Below, piece after piece: positions 29,947 to 39,643 of a stretch of DNA of 64,000 nucleotides. The notes below the pieces were generated by a model, which ran no database searches, was not told the DNA's origin, and saw nothing but the letters and a program-made list of their open reading frames with translations. Position 1 is the stretch's first letter; every line of letters begins with the position of its first letter. A program made the translations under genes and the position numbers. Source of the stretch: an uncultured Verrucomicrobiae bacterium. Its GTDB lineage: Bacteria; Verrucomicrobiota; Verrucomicrobiia; Chthoniobacterales; Chthoniobacteraceae. The stretch covers positions 576,001 to 640,000 of the forward strand of contig CAWIKF010000002.1 in NCBI GenBank assembly GCA_963836755.1, in the 5' to 3' direction.

Positions 29947-31881
29947 CTACCTCGCCGGGGTATACCAGATCGGCGAGGTGTAGGCGCGCTCGGTGGTGGT
30001 CATGGGGACTTCCGGGGGCATTTTGATGCCGTAGTATTTCGCATCGTAGGCGGTCCACCGTGGGGTGGGGATTTCGATGACGCGGCCGTAGTAGAAGGAG
30101 CGCTGCGCGGGGTCGAAATCGGGGTCTTTCCAGACGGCGATGAGTTCGGGGGCGCCGATGGTGTTGGTCCACGAGGCGTTCGGGATATCGACGGTGCTGC
30201 CGACCGGCGGCAGCTTGCCATCCGCGCCGGGTTTGCGGTCCCCGCTCCACGCTACGTCATAAACTTTCTCCTGAGTCTCACCCTTCGCATCCAGCCAGCC
30301 TTTGATGATCTGGTAGCGGTCGAGATTGGCACCGATCGGGTCCTTGAGCGCGGCGACGAGGAAGGTGATGGTCTTGCCCTGCGGCGCGGCGCTGAGGTCG
30401 CCGCCCATCGGGACGCCTTTGGTATAGCCGATCTTTGCGGGCATGCGGTTGTTGGCGTCAGCCGGCTCGAAGTCGAAGCCGCCGAAGAAGCGGACGGCCA
30501 TGCGCGGGCCGGTGGTGGCGTAGGTCTCGCGGCGCTTCATGGCGTCGAAGATGGATTCGCGGGTATTCTCCTGCGCCCAGACGGCGGCATAGCCGGAGGA
30601 GGTCTGCTCCCAGCCCATGATGACGGCCTTGTCCGTCTTCACGAACGGGTGCGAGGTGCGGTCCGCGCTCGGCTCGGAGCTGGTGGTCTTGCCCATGAAG
30701 TTGTCCTCTTCCACGGCGGCGAGGGCGGTGTGCGCATCGGTGCTGCCGACCACGCCGAATTTGTAGGGATTGACGCCGAGCTCGGTTTCGAGCTTGAGGC
30801 CGTTCTTGAAGGCGGAGCGGGCGTATTCGAATTCCAGCATCTCGGGCTTCTTCAACTCGGTGAGGTCGAGGTTGCCCTTGTCCCAGCGCTCGAAGTTCGC
30901 GAACTCATCATTCGGCGAAAGGAAGGGGTGCGTCTCGCCGTCGCCCTTGATCTGCGTGATCTCGTAGAGCGGCTCCCAGCGCATGCGGCTCTCGGCATAC
31001 TCGCGGTCGATCTTCTTCCCGGTGAAGGACTCGATGATCGGGAACATGCGCCCGTTGCTCAGGTTGCCGTTGTGCGCGAGCGCGAGGATTTGCGCGCCGG
31101 ATTTCTCTTCACACATGGCCATCCATTTCCAGAGGTCGCGCGGATTCGGACTGCCGAGCGGCGGCTGGGTGGTGAAAGGCTCGACGAGACTGGCCTTCCG
31201 TCCATCGTCGCGAAAGATGATGTTGCGATGGAGGTTGTTGCCGCCGGCATTCGAGGTCCACTCGTAGCCGATGAAGGCGGTGAAGCGGCCGGGCTCGTTT
31301 GCCTCGTCCGCGGCCTTGATGACCTCCTGCCAGGCATTGCGATACGAGGAGGTGCCGGGCAGCGGCCATCCTTTGGGCAACTGGCCTTTGCCAAAGCTGG
31401 TGACGATGTCCACCGCCGCCTTCGCACCCTGGCCGGATTGGATCTCGTCATACCATTTACGGCCTTGCGGAGTCGCTAGAAGTGCGGGGTCGCCGCCGAT
31501 CAATTGAGGGAAAAAGCCAAAGCCGTCCGAATGATCTGCCACGACTTGGAAATCCAGAGGACGAGAGAGCTTAACGCGCTGTCCACTCGACGCCGTGATC
31601 TCCTCACCTTTGGCAAAACGATAGGCGTCCTTTGGGCCAAGCCGACAACCGAAAGCACCCGCGTCCACCGAGAATGACGTGTGCGTGTGCGTGTCGCCGA
31701 AGAGAGGGCGCGTGGGGAAGTTGCGGCCCGCGTAAGGCGAATACGGGGGCTTCGCGGGGAACACTTTGGCGGCAGTTTCGGCGTCGAGCGTGCCGATGTC
31801 GGTGGTGGTTTCCGGTTCCGCCGCAAAGAGGGGCAGCGCGAGGCTGGCGGCGAGGATGGCGAGGATGCGTGTAGTTTTCAT
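29947..31881 (-). CDS. DUF3604 domain exported protein (PHP-like metallohydrolase fold)
   Basis: FGDTHTHTSFSVDA, ADHSD, GYEWTS, NLHRN, HNGNLSNG, GSTDAHT, YATTGPR, ERAYTSPIWY; signal peptide. Confidence 0.9.
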   Translation of the reverse strand: MKTTRILAILAASLALPLFAAEPETTTDIGTLDAETAAKVFPAKPPYSPYAGRNFPTRPLFGDTHTHTSFSVDAGAFGCRLGPKDAYRFAKGEEITASSGQRVKLSRPLDFQVVADHSDGFGFFPQLIGGDPALLATPQGRKWYDEIQSGQGAKAAVDIVTSFGKGQLPKGWPLPGTSSYRNAWQEVIKAADEANEPGRFTAFIGYEWTSNAGGNNLHRNIIFRDDGRKASLVEPFTTQPPLGSPNPRDLWKWMAMCEEKSGAQILALAHNGNLSNGRMFPIIESFTGKKIDREYAESRMRWEPLYEITQIKGDGETHPFLSPNDEFANFERWDKGNLDLTELKKPEMLEFEYARSAFKNGLKLETELGVNPYKFGVVGSTDAHTALAAVEEDNFMGKTTSSEPSADRTSHPFVKTDKAVIMGWEQTSSGYAAVWAQENTRESIFDAMKRRETYATTGPRMAVRFFGGFDFEPADANNRMPAKIGYTKGVPMGGDLSAAPQGKTITFLVAALKDPIGANLDRYQIIKGWLDAKGETQEKVYDVAWSGDRKPGADGKLPPVGSTVDIPNASWTNTIGAPELIAVWKDPDFDPAQRSFYYGRVIEIPTPRWTAYDAKYYGIKMPPEVPMTTTERAYTSPIWYTPAR

Positions 31882-31902
31882 GGTTGGATTGGCTGCGGAT
31901 TT

Positions 31903-32886
31903 TTAGAAAAGGGAGATGCGCTGGATGACCCAAAACATCGCGACCGAGCCGATGGCATACGGTGGCAAAAGCTCGGCCCAGCGCGGAAGCGGCACGCGGA
32001 TGCGGCGCACGAGTGCGATGAGCGAAAGCACCGCGCCGATGAAGAGGAAGTGGCCGGCCTCAACGCCGATGCTGAAAAACAATAGCGCGGCGGGGAGGTG
32101 TCCCTGCGGCAGACCGGCTTCGCTCAAGCCGCTGGCAAATCCGAGGCCGTGCATCAGTCCAAATGCGAACGCTACGACCCACGGCGCTCGCGCAGTGATG
32201 CCCAGCCGTCCTTCGCGTTGATGCACGATTTCCGCCGCGACAAAGACGATGGAGAGTGCGATCACTGCCTCGACGGGCGCTTGCGGAATATGCACCCAGC
32301 CGAGCGTCGCCGCCGTGAGCGTGAGGCTGTGCGAAAGGGTGAACGCCGTGACGGTCTTCACCAGCTTCCAGCCGCCGCGCGTGATGATGAGCAGCGCGAG
32401 GATGAAGAGCAGGTGATCGATGCCGGTGAGGATGTGCTCGACCCCGAGCCGCAAATACACGCCCGCGACCTGCCACGCTGAGGTGCTGCGCGGCACCATC
32501 GCGGCGGGTGCACTAGGCGTAAGGCGCTGCGTCCATTCCGTGCTGTCGGCGAATTCGATCCGCACCAGCGCGTCGGTCATCGTGCCCTCGAGACCGGCGA
32601 TGCGCACCGTCTGCCCGCGCAGTTCCGGGTTGCGCAGCCGCCACGTCTGCACCGCCGCCGTGCCGGTGTTGCGCCCGTCCATGGGCGTCAGCTTTTCGCT
32701 CTTCCCGGAAAACTCCGGCGTGAGCGCGAGCCGCATCTCGCCGCGCATCGGCGTCTTCCACAGCACGGAAAACTCGCCCGCTTTTTCCTCGTGTAACTCG
32801 AGATACGCGGGACGGATTTCGTGCGCCTGCGCCGCCGCCGTCGCGAGGAAAAGCGCGCACGCAACGCGTTGAAGAATCCGCTTCAT
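31903..32886 (-). CDS. HupE/UreJ family membrane protein
   Basis: AHEIRPAYL, LGVEHILTGIDHLLF, FTLSHSLTL, FGLMHGLGFA. Confidence 0.9.
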   Translation of the reverse strand: MKRILQRVACALFLATAAAQAHEIRPAYLELHEEKAGEFSVLWKTPMRGEMRLALTPEFSGKSEKLTPMDGRNTGTAAVQTWRLRNPELRGQTVRIAGLEGTMTDALVRIEFADSTEWTQRLTPSAPAAMVPRSTSAWQVAGVYLRLGVEHILTGIDHLLFILALLIITRGGWKLVKTVTAFTLSHSLTLTAATLGWVHIPQAPVEAVIALSIVFVAAEIVHQREGRLGITARAPWVVAFAFGLMHGLGFASGLSEAGLPQGHLPAALLFFSIGVEAGHFLFIGAVLSLIALVRRIRVPLPRWAELLPPYAIGSVAMFWVIQRISLF

Positions 32887-33770
32887 CGCACGGCGTCCTC
32901 GCTCGCCTGCGGCACCGGCAACCGCCCATCGAGAGAACCAATCAGCGGCTTCACGCTCTCATCCACGGAGACGCCGTATTTTTTCAGCAAGCTCGCAAAG
33001 TAACCGGCGCTGCTCTCACGCTGCTGCTCGTCGCGCCAGCGTTCCTGCACTTGCGTCTGGACCTCGGCAAACTCCCGCAGCCGGCCCGGCGTCAGCTCCG
33101 ACACGCGCACGAGATGCACGCCATAGCCCGAAATGACCGGCCCGCTCCACACGTCCGGCTTGAGCTTCAACACAGCGCTGGCGAAATCCGGCCCGAACTG
33201 CGCCGCGACCGCCCGCTCGTCCGCATCGCGCATCTCCGCGTCGATCAGCAGTTGGTCGCCCATGGCCGCGGCATCCGCTCCCCGCGCAAGCTCCGGCAGC
33301 GCCTTCCGCGCGTCCGCCTCGGCATCCGCGCGTTTTTCACGGCTGAAGAAAACGTGGGTGAACGAGACGCGCGCCCCCATTTGAAAAAACTCCGGGTGCG
33401 CGTCGTAGAAGCGCCTCAAGTCCTGCTCCGTCGGCTCCCTGAGCCGTGCGGTATCGTCCACGAGAAAGGCGACCTTCTGCGCGAGACGGCGGCGGACGAT
33501 CGTGTCGTCTTCATCGAGCCGCATCGCGCGCGCCTCGCGGGCCAGCAACTCCTCTTTCAAGAAATCCGTGACCAGCCCGCGCAACTCCTCGCGCGACGGC
33601 TCCCGCCGCCACTGCCGCGACCAAGTCTCCTTCAGCCACGCCACCTCATTCGCCGTAATCCGCACCACCGGCACCGCCTCCACCTCGCCGCGCCGCAGCC
33701 ACGAGTAAGCCGCAAACAGCAGCCCACCGAGGACGACGAAATGAAGCAGCGGTTCGCGGAAGAGTTTCAT
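32883..33770 (-). CDS. Parvulin-like peptidyl-prolyl isomerase domain protein
   Basis: REPLLHF, LDEDDTIVRRRLAQK, WSGPVISGYGVHLV. Confidence 0.85.
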   Translation of the reverse strand: MKLFREPLLHFVVLGGLLFAAYSWLRRGEVEAVPVVRITANEVAWLKETWSRQWRREPSREELRGLVTDFLKEELLAREARAMRLDEDDTIVRRRLAQKVAFLVDDTARLREPTEQDLRRFYDAHPEFFQMGARVSFTHVFFSREKRADAEADARKALPELARGADAAAMGDQLLIDAEMRDADERAVAAQFGPDFASAVLKLKPDVWSGPVISGYGVHLVRVSELTPGRLREFAEVQTQVQERWRDEQQRESSAGYFASLLKKYGVSVDESVKPLIGSLDGRLPVPQASEDAVR

Positions 33771-33788
33771 GATTTTGCAACGATGGAT

Positions 33789-34073
33789 TCAGGCGCCGCA
33801 GCGGAAATTCAGATTCGGCGGGAGCGCGAAGTTCACGACCAAACAAAGCGCCCGCAACCCACACGCCAGCACCCCGAGCCAGAGCCGACCGGTGCCGAAG
33901 TAAAAGTGCACGAAGCCCAAGATCGCTGCCATCCACGCCACGGCGAAACCCCCCAGCGCGAAAAACCTATGCACCCACGCCCCGCGCTGCCGGAGGCCGA
34001 CGATCAGATGCGGCAACGCCATCGTGAGACACGCCGCCGCGACCATCGACCAGATGACGGTAACCCAACTCAT
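33789..34073 (-). pseudogene. Membrane N-terminal fragment, probably of a sensor histidine kinase
   Basis: MSWVTVIWSMVAAACLTMALPHL...FVHFYFGTGRLWL...NLNF; truncated. Confidence 0.5.
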
Positions 34074-34360
34074 CGGCGCGTGCGGATTGAGATTCGCAAT
34101 TTTACTCGCATCCATACCCAAACCTAATGACACAAACGGTCATTGCCAGCCAGAACGATCAAGAGCGTCTGGCAACTTACGAACCTGGCTGATGATTTTT
34201 TCGTCCACAAACAACTCATTGGCAGACATTTGGTCCAAAATGATTCCGAAAAACAAAAAGGGTTCCCTTGGACACTTGTTCGACTCGATGCAAATGTCAG
34301 CATCAGCGCGCGGATCGACGATAGTCAGGTTCGACCACATCAACCAGCCCCGAAGCCACT

Positions 34361-34390
34361 CGTGAAAATCCGTGACAACCCGTGACAACT
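34361..34390. repeat. Three 10-bp direct repeats (possible arm-type sites)
   Basis: CGTGAAAATC CGTGACAACC CGTGACAACT. Confidence 0.6.
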
Positions 34391-34493
34391 TTTCGTGCGC
34401 AGATATGCAGATCGTTTTGAAAAAACGGAGCGAAACGGAACCGCGCCATATGCACGTATTACTCTTGCGATGCGCATATCTTCACGTTTTTGA

Positions 34494-34534
34494 TTGGCGG
34501 AAGGAGTGGGATTGAAACCCATTCCTTCCGCCAA
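34494..34534. other. att-like palindrome derived from the tRNA-Ser 3' end
   Basis: TTGGCGGAAGGAGTGGG-ATTGAAA-CCCATTCCTTCCGCCAA; both arms match the tRNA 3' end CCCACTCCTTCCGC. Confidence 0.85.
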
Positions 34535-34683
34535 ATTTTTCGGAACGGCTGGCTGCTGTTTCGCTCGGCACGTGAGCTTTTCTCTGCTCAAGCTGCATCC
34601 GTCGCTCGCGGTGAGGACGAAGAACCTTGCAATCGTCGAGGCCGACAGCCTTACTTCATTCCACCAGTAGCCGGAGAAAAAAT

Positions 34684-35838
34684 ATGAGCAGCATCAACGC
34701 CGAAACTGAGGTCAAACGCCGTTACTCCCACGCGGCAAAAGTGCAGGAGGCGCAACTTTGCTGCCCGGTCGACTACGACAAAAAATTCCTCGAGGCGATC
34801 CCGGCGGAGGTCGTCGAAAAAGATTACGGCTGCGGCGACCCGAGCAAATATTTGAGGCCCGGCGAGACAGTGCTCGATCTCGGCTCCGGAACGGGAAAGA
34901 TCTGTTTCATCGCCGCGCAAGTCGTCGGGCCGACCGGACGGATCATCGGCGTCGACATGACCGATGAGATGCTGGAAGTGGCGCGACGAAATGCGCCAAT
35001 CGTCGCGGAGCGGATCGGCTACTCAAACGTGGAGTTTCGCAAAGGCTACATCCAGGACCTTGCTCTCGACTTGGAACTGCTCGACCGCGAGCTGCAAAAA
35101 AATCCGATCAGCGACATCGCGTCCTTCGTCGCCGCAAATGAGCGCGCGGAGGATATCCGGATTAAAAATCCGTTGATTGCATCGGACTCTGTCGACGTGG
35201 TTGTTTCCAACTGCGTGCTCAACCTTGTGGATGCAAAGTGCAAGCGGCAGCTATTCGAGGAAATCTTTCGCGTCTTGAAAAAAGGAGGCCGCGCGGTGAT
35301 CTCAGACATCGTTTCCGACGAGCCGGTGCCGGAGGAGATGCAGCAGGATCCGGAGCTATGGTCAGGATGCATTTCTGGCGCCTTGACGGAAGAAGGTTTC
35401 CTCAAAGCGTTTTCAGACGCCGGTTTTTACGGGATTGAAGTGCTGAAGTTTGATTCCATTCCATGGCGGACGGTGCAGGGTATCGAGTTTCGTTCGGTGA
35501 CGGTGCAGGCTATCAAAGGAAAGCAAGGTCCGTGCTTTGAAAGGAACCAGGCAGTCATCTACAAAGGTCCTTTCAAGGAAGTGCTCGATGACGACGGTCA
35601 TCGTATGGAGCGCGGCCGACGCTACGCGGTTTGCGATAAGACCTACAACCTTTACCGGAAGCAGCCTTATAACTCTTACTTCGAATTTCTGGAGCCTTTG
35701 ACGGATATCCCACTCGAAGAGGCGAAGCCTTTTGATTGTTCGCGCACTGCACTGCGGCACCCGAAGGAAACGAAAGGCCAGGACTACTCCGTCACGACCG
35801 AAGCTTCGGCCTGCTGCGACGCCGGCGGCTGCTGCTAA
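34684..35838 (+). CDS. Arsenite methyltransferase-like SAM-dependent methyltransferase with C-terminal extension
   Basis: [39 protein letters not shown]; ends CCDAGGCC. Confidence 0.85.
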   Translation: MSSINAETEVKRRYSHAAKVQEAQLCCPVDYDKKFLEAIPAEVVEKDYGCGDPSKYLRPGETVLDLGSGTGKICFIAAQVVGPTGRIIGVDMTDEMLEVARRNAPIVAERIGYSNVEFRKGYIQDLALDLELLDRELQKNPISDIASFVAANERAEDIRIKNPLIASDSVDVVVSNCVLNLVDAKCKRQLFEEIFRVLKKGGRAVISDIVSDEPVPEEMQQDPELWSGCISGALTEEGFLKAFSDAGFYGIEVLKFDSIPWRTVQGIEFRSVTVQAIKGKQGPCFERNQAVIYKGPFKEVLDDDGHRMERGRRYAVCDKTYNLYRKQPYNSYFEFLEPLTDIPLEEAKPFDCSRTALRHPKETKGQDYSVTTEASACCDAGGCC

Positions 35839-35839
35839 T

Positions 35840-36754
35840 ATGGCTGAGACCCCACATTCGCGGGACGAGATGGAGAATCTCGTCGAGAATATCGTCGAGG
35901 CTTCGAAGTCCGTCTCGCCCGAGCGCACCAGTTCCCCGAACTGGATCGCGGGAGAATTTTTCGGCACGTTTCTTCTCGTCTTCTTCGGTTGCGGAAGCGT
36001 GGCCACTGCGGTGCTGACTGGTGCGCAGGTGGGAATTTTCCAGGTTGCCATCGTCTGGGGACTAGGCATCGCGACAGCGATCTATCTCACCGGTTCCTTG
36101 AGTGGTGCGCACCTAAATCCAGCCGTCACGACGGCGATGGCGGTCTGGTCGGATTTTCCGAAGAGAAAAGTCATTCCCTACATCTGCGTGCAGTTACTCG
36201 GCGCGCTTGTTGCCTCGTCAGTGCTCTTCGGCATTTACGGAGATCAGTTGAACGCTTACGAAAAGGAGCATCACATCACTCGCGGCGCGCAGGGGAGCGA
36301 GGCGTCTGCGATGATCTTCGGAGAATATTTCCCAAATCCCGGCGGCAAAGCTCTGGACGATGCCGCGCGTGAAAAGATTTCACACTTGGGCGCCTTTTGC
36401 ACGGAGGTGGTTGGAACTGCCATTTTGTTGCTGGTCATCTTTTGCGTGACTGATGCGAATAACGGCACGCGACCTCAGATCCTAACCGCGGCCACGATAG
36501 GTCTTACGGTTACTCTGCTAATTTCTCTTTTTGGGCCGCTGACGATGGCGTGCTTCAATCCCGCGCGCGATTTCGGCCCGAGACTATTTTCCTCAATCGC
36601 TGGATGGGGATCGATCCCTTTCACAACAAATGGCATCGGCTGGCTCTCAGTCTACCTCATCGCGCCGATCGTCGGAGGCTTGGTCGGTGGAGGAATCTAT
36701 CGTGCTTTCTTCGCGCCAAGCTATTGCACGACGGTGAACGATAGCGAACGCTAG
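35840..36754 (+). CDS. MIP family aquaglyceroporin
   Basis: SGAHLNPAVT and FNPARDFGPR (Asp after the second NPA, GlpF-type). Confidence 0.92.
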   Translation: MAETPHSRDEMENLVENIVEASKSVSPERTSSPNWIAGEFFGTFLLVFFGCGSVATAVLTGAQVGIFQVAIVWGLGIATAIYLTGSLSGAHLNPAVTTAMAVWSDFPKRKVIPYICVQLLGALVASSVLFGIYGDQLNAYEKEHHITRGAQGSEASAMIFGEYFPNPGGKALDDAAREKISHLGAFCTEVVGTAILLLVIFCVTDANNGTRPQILTAATIGLTVTLLISLFGPLTMACFNPARDFGPRLFSSIAGWGSIPFTTNGIGWLSVYLIAPIVGGLVGGGIYRAFFAPSYCTTVNDSER

Positions 36755-36772
36755 TCGGCAGTAACTTTGAGG

Positions 36773-37615
36773 CTAAGTCTGCTCCGGCCACGAAGGCCGC
36801 TGCTCGACGAAAGGCATTTCAATAATCGCCGGCAAAGCAAGTTCCTGCGGATCTTGATAAGCAGGAATACCGATGACCACATCACGGTTCGTGGTTGGCA
36901 GACGCAACGTGCGATGAAGCCAATCCCACAGAGTCAAGCCGCTCGACCAATTGGAGTTGGTTTCTCCTTCCAGAACGGAGTGATGAATTTCATGAAGACG
37001 CGGGGTGACGACAAACTTTCCCAGCCTTCTTTCCAGCTCGATGGGAAGTTCCACGTTAGAATGATGAAACAAGATTTCCATTAGCAGCGCTGTCTGCCAG
37101 ATCGAGAGAGCGCGCGGGCAAACTCCGATCAAACAAATTTGCGCAGCGCGCCAAAGGACGGATATCGTAAGTTCGCCAAAGTGAAATCGCACCGCAGTGG
37201 AAGCATCCATGTCGAGATCGACGTGGTGGACTTGATGGAAGCGCCATAGAAAAGGAACCCGATGAGTAAGGACGTGCCAAAGGTAAAGCGTGTAGTCCAG
37301 CAGTAGGATCGCGAGACTTATCTCGAACCATGAAGCTAGAGAAAACTGCTTCAGCAGCCCGATTCTCCGGCGTTCCACCCAGTGGGAAAGCGGTCCGGTA
37401 ACAGGTCTTTCAGCCAGTTGCAGAACGCCGGCGCTGATCCCGGCGAAGGCAAGATTGCGCAAGTCGCGCCGCGTTTTTGATTCCACGGAACGTCGTAAAG
37501 GTCTGCGAAGCTCCAGCACGACCAAACCTGCAAAAGTAGCTCCAACGAGCAATCCGTTAAGCCAGCCAGGAACACGTTTTGCACGAACATTTTCTGCAGC
37601 TTCTTCGCGTCTCAT
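36773..37615 (-). CDS. Sterol desaturase / fatty-acid hydroxylase family protein
   Basis: His boxes HVLTH, HQVHH, FHHSN, HEIHH; ATGA overlap with the rhodanese stop. Confidence 0.88.
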   Translation of the reverse strand: MRREEAAENVRAKRVPGWLNGLLVGATFAGLVVLELRRPLRRSVESKTRRDLRNLAFAGISAGVLQLAERPVTGPLSHWVERRRIGLLKQFSLASWFEISLAILLLDYTLYLWHVLTHRVPFLWRFHQVHHVDLDMDASTAVRFHFGELTISVLWRAAQICLIGVCPRALSIWQTALLMEILFHHSNVELPIELERRLGKFVVTPRLHEIHHSVLEGETNSNWSSGLTLWDWLHRTLRLPTTNRDVVIGIPAYQDPQELALPAIIEMPFVEQRPSWPEQT

Positions 37616-38136
37616 TTGGAAATAGCGGGGACATCTGCGCGGTATTTTTGATCCAGCAAAGCACCCCACGATGAATCGTAGGGATGAACCTTGTCAGTCA
37701 CGTGCCCATCCTTAAAGACCGGTCGGCCTTCATTCACCCATTGGAAGATCGAACCTTTGAGATCATAGGCATTTTTAAAACCTGCTTTTTTCAGCGCCTC
37801 AACGAAAGCGCTCGAGCGATAACCGACCGAGCAGTAGGCAACGATAGCGGTATCCTTCGACACCTCCAGCGCGGAAGCGGGCAATCCAGGATCGATGCGG
37901 CGAGCGCCTTGCAGATGACTCACTTCAAACTCCGCGGGAGTGCGGACATCGATCAAGAGCGGCGGCTTGCGGTGAGGATCATGAAGCCAGGCATCAAGCT
38001 CGGCGGGCTCGATCTGGGCGGCATCTGGAAATTTATGACGGATCGTATAATTGAGCAAACTCCACCGAATGCTTTGTGCCGAAGCCACACATCCGATTGC
38101 CAACAGTGCCAGAATCGTGCAGGAGAGCACTTTCAT
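37612..38136 (-). CDS. Rhodanese-like domain protein with N-terminal signal/anchor
   Basis: LIDVRTPAEFEVSHLQGA, YCSVGYRS, LKGSIFQW. Confidence 0.88.
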   Translation of the reverse strand: MKVLSCTILALLAIGCVASAQSIRWSLLNYTIRHKFPDAAQIEPAELDAWLHDPHRKPPLLIDVRTPAEFEVSHLQGARRIDPGLPASALEVSKDTAIVAYCSVGYRSSAFVEALKKAGFKNAYDLKGSIFQWVNEGRPVFKDGHVTDKVHPYDSSWGALLDQKYRADVPAISK

Positions 38137-38239
38137 TTCATAGGACTTCTGATCGATTTTTCATCCCTTCCCAGTATTCGAGTTCAACCACCTGTTCGGA
38201 TGAAATGGAGTTAATAAAGATGATGAAGCATCGCTGCTT

Positions 38240-38914
38240 ATGATTTCGGTGATCATCCCGGTTTACAACGAAGCTGCTCATCTTCCTGCTACTTTAGCAG
38301 CAGTAAAGGCCGCCCCAGAACCGCACGAGGTAATCGTGGTGGATGCGTCGAGCAACGATGACACTCCTTCACTGGCTGCTTCATGCGGAGCTCAGCTTCT
38401 TTCCTGCGTGCGCCGCCAACGGGCAAGCCAGATGAACATCGGCGCGCGGCATTCCACGGGCGATACTTTTCTGTTTCTGCACGCGGATACTCTCCTTCCG
38501 CCTTCGGCTTTGATGAAAGTAAATCAAGTCCTGCGAGATCCGCAGGTGGTCGGTGGGGCCTTTGCGCGGCGATTCCAATCCTCATCGATTTTTCTGCGAC
38601 TGACTTGCATGCTTGCGGAAATGCGGAGCCGTTGTGCGGGATGGTTTCTGGGGGACCAGGCGATGTTCGTCCGGCGGAAGGTGTTTGAAGAACTTGGCGG
38701 CTTTCGCGATCTCGATCTGTTCGAGGATTTGGACTTCGCTCGGAGGCTGCGCACGCGGGGACAGGTGGTGACGTTGCGCCCGCCTGTATTTTCTTCAGGC
38801 AGACGATTTGAGCGCTTGGGGCCGATCCCGACGACCTGCGCGGATTTTTTCCTGACTGTCGACTACATCTGCGGCATTGAGCCAAACCTACTCGCGAAAC
38901 GTCATCGCATTTAA
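38240..38914 (+). CDS. GT2 glycosyltransferase, TIGR04283-like (arsenosugar-associated)
   Basis: SVIIPVYNE, RASQMNIGA, FLHADT, GDQAMFVRR, GGFRDLDLFED, SSGRR. Confidence 0.85.
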   Translation: MISVIIPVYNEAAHLPATLAAVKAAPEPHEVIVVDASSNDDTPSLAASCGAQLLSCVRRQRASQMNIGARHSTGDTFLFLHADTLLPPSALMKVNQVLRDPQVVGGAFARRFQSSSIFLRLTCMLAEMRSRCAGWFLGDQAMFVRRKVFEELGGFRDLDLFEDLDFARRLRTRGQVVTLRPPVFSSGRRFERLGPIPTTCADFFLTVDYICGIEPNLLAKRHRI

Positions 38915-38947
38915 GACCGAGTTCCACAATAGTTCATAAAGCGAGTC

Positions 38948-39577
38948 ATGCACATCCTTGAGGTTCCGACTGTTTGTTTGATGCTGAAAGCTCCGATCCC
39001 AGGGCAGGTAAAAACTCGCTTGGCCGCATCAATAGGAGCTGAGCATGCGGCGCGGATTTATCGACGATTGGTGGAACATCAGCTCGCCAACATTCCTCAC
39101 CGCTGGCAGATTCACGTCTGCTTTTCGCCAGTTGACGCACTTTCGGAAATGAGGGAATGGCTCGGACCGAAGCTCCAATATTCGCCCCAAGCCAAAGGTG
39201 ATTTGGGCGAACGCCTTGTTCACGCCGTTGACTCGGTTTTTAGGTCGGGTTGCAAAAGATTGATTGTAATAGGGGGGGATTGTCCGTATCTCGACGAGTC
39301 TACTTTGGCGCAGGCAGCAAAGGAGCTCGCGAAGGCTGACGCGGTGCTCATCCCAGCTTTGGATGGAGGATACTGCTTAATCGGCGTAAAGGCTCCGCAT
39401 CCCGAAATTTTTCGCGACATCGACTGGAGCACTGGGGTCGTCTGCGCGCAAACCGAAGCAAAGATTGCGCAAGCTGGATTGACGCTGATTATTTTAAATC
39501 CGCCACTGGAGGATGTGGATGACGTGGAAAGCTGGCGACGTGCGGAGCGTGTCGTCCATTCTCAACTTCCCGAATGA
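38948..39577 (+). CDS. TIGR04282/DUF2064-like nucleotide-sugar transferase (arsenosugar-associated)
   Basis: KAPIPGQVKTRL, QAKGDLGERL, IGGDCP, PALDGGYCLIG, WST, DVDDVE. Confidence 0.88.
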   Translation: MHILEVPTVCLMLKAPIPGQVKTRLAASIGAEHAARIYRRLVEHQLANIPHRWQIHVCFSPVDALSEMREWLGPKLQYSPQAKGDLGERLVHAVDSVFRSGCKRLIVIGGDCPYLDESTLAQAAKELAKADAVLIPALDGGYCLIGVKAPHPEIFRDIDWSTGVVCAQTEAKIAQAGLTLIILNPPLEDVDDVESWRRAERVVHSQLPE

Positions 39578-39643
39578 TCTTCTCAGCTGTGATGCATCCG
39601 TGACGGGGATAGAGAGCGAACCAACCCAACACACGCCGACCTT

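Larger units (their letters stand above)
9491..34534. mobile_element. Putative decayed genomic island integrated at tRNA-Ser
   Basis: Bounded by the tRNA and a copy of its 3' end at 34494-34534; short periodic direct repeats near both ends; AT-richer termini; many pseudogenes; no integrase seen. Confidence 0.7.

Noticed and set aside
34140..34388. 82-aa minus-strand ORF at the right island end
   Set aside because: Start lies within the 10-bp repeats and no recognisable motif; at most a remnant
34448..34479. ArsR-type operator (ATATGCAC...GCGCATAT) upstream of the methyltransferase
   Set aside because: Imperfect, long spacer, lies on the far side of the att hairpin, and no arsR in the window
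34494..34534. Second tRNA gene
   Set aside because: Only the T-arm and acceptor 3' half are present; no D or anticodon arm
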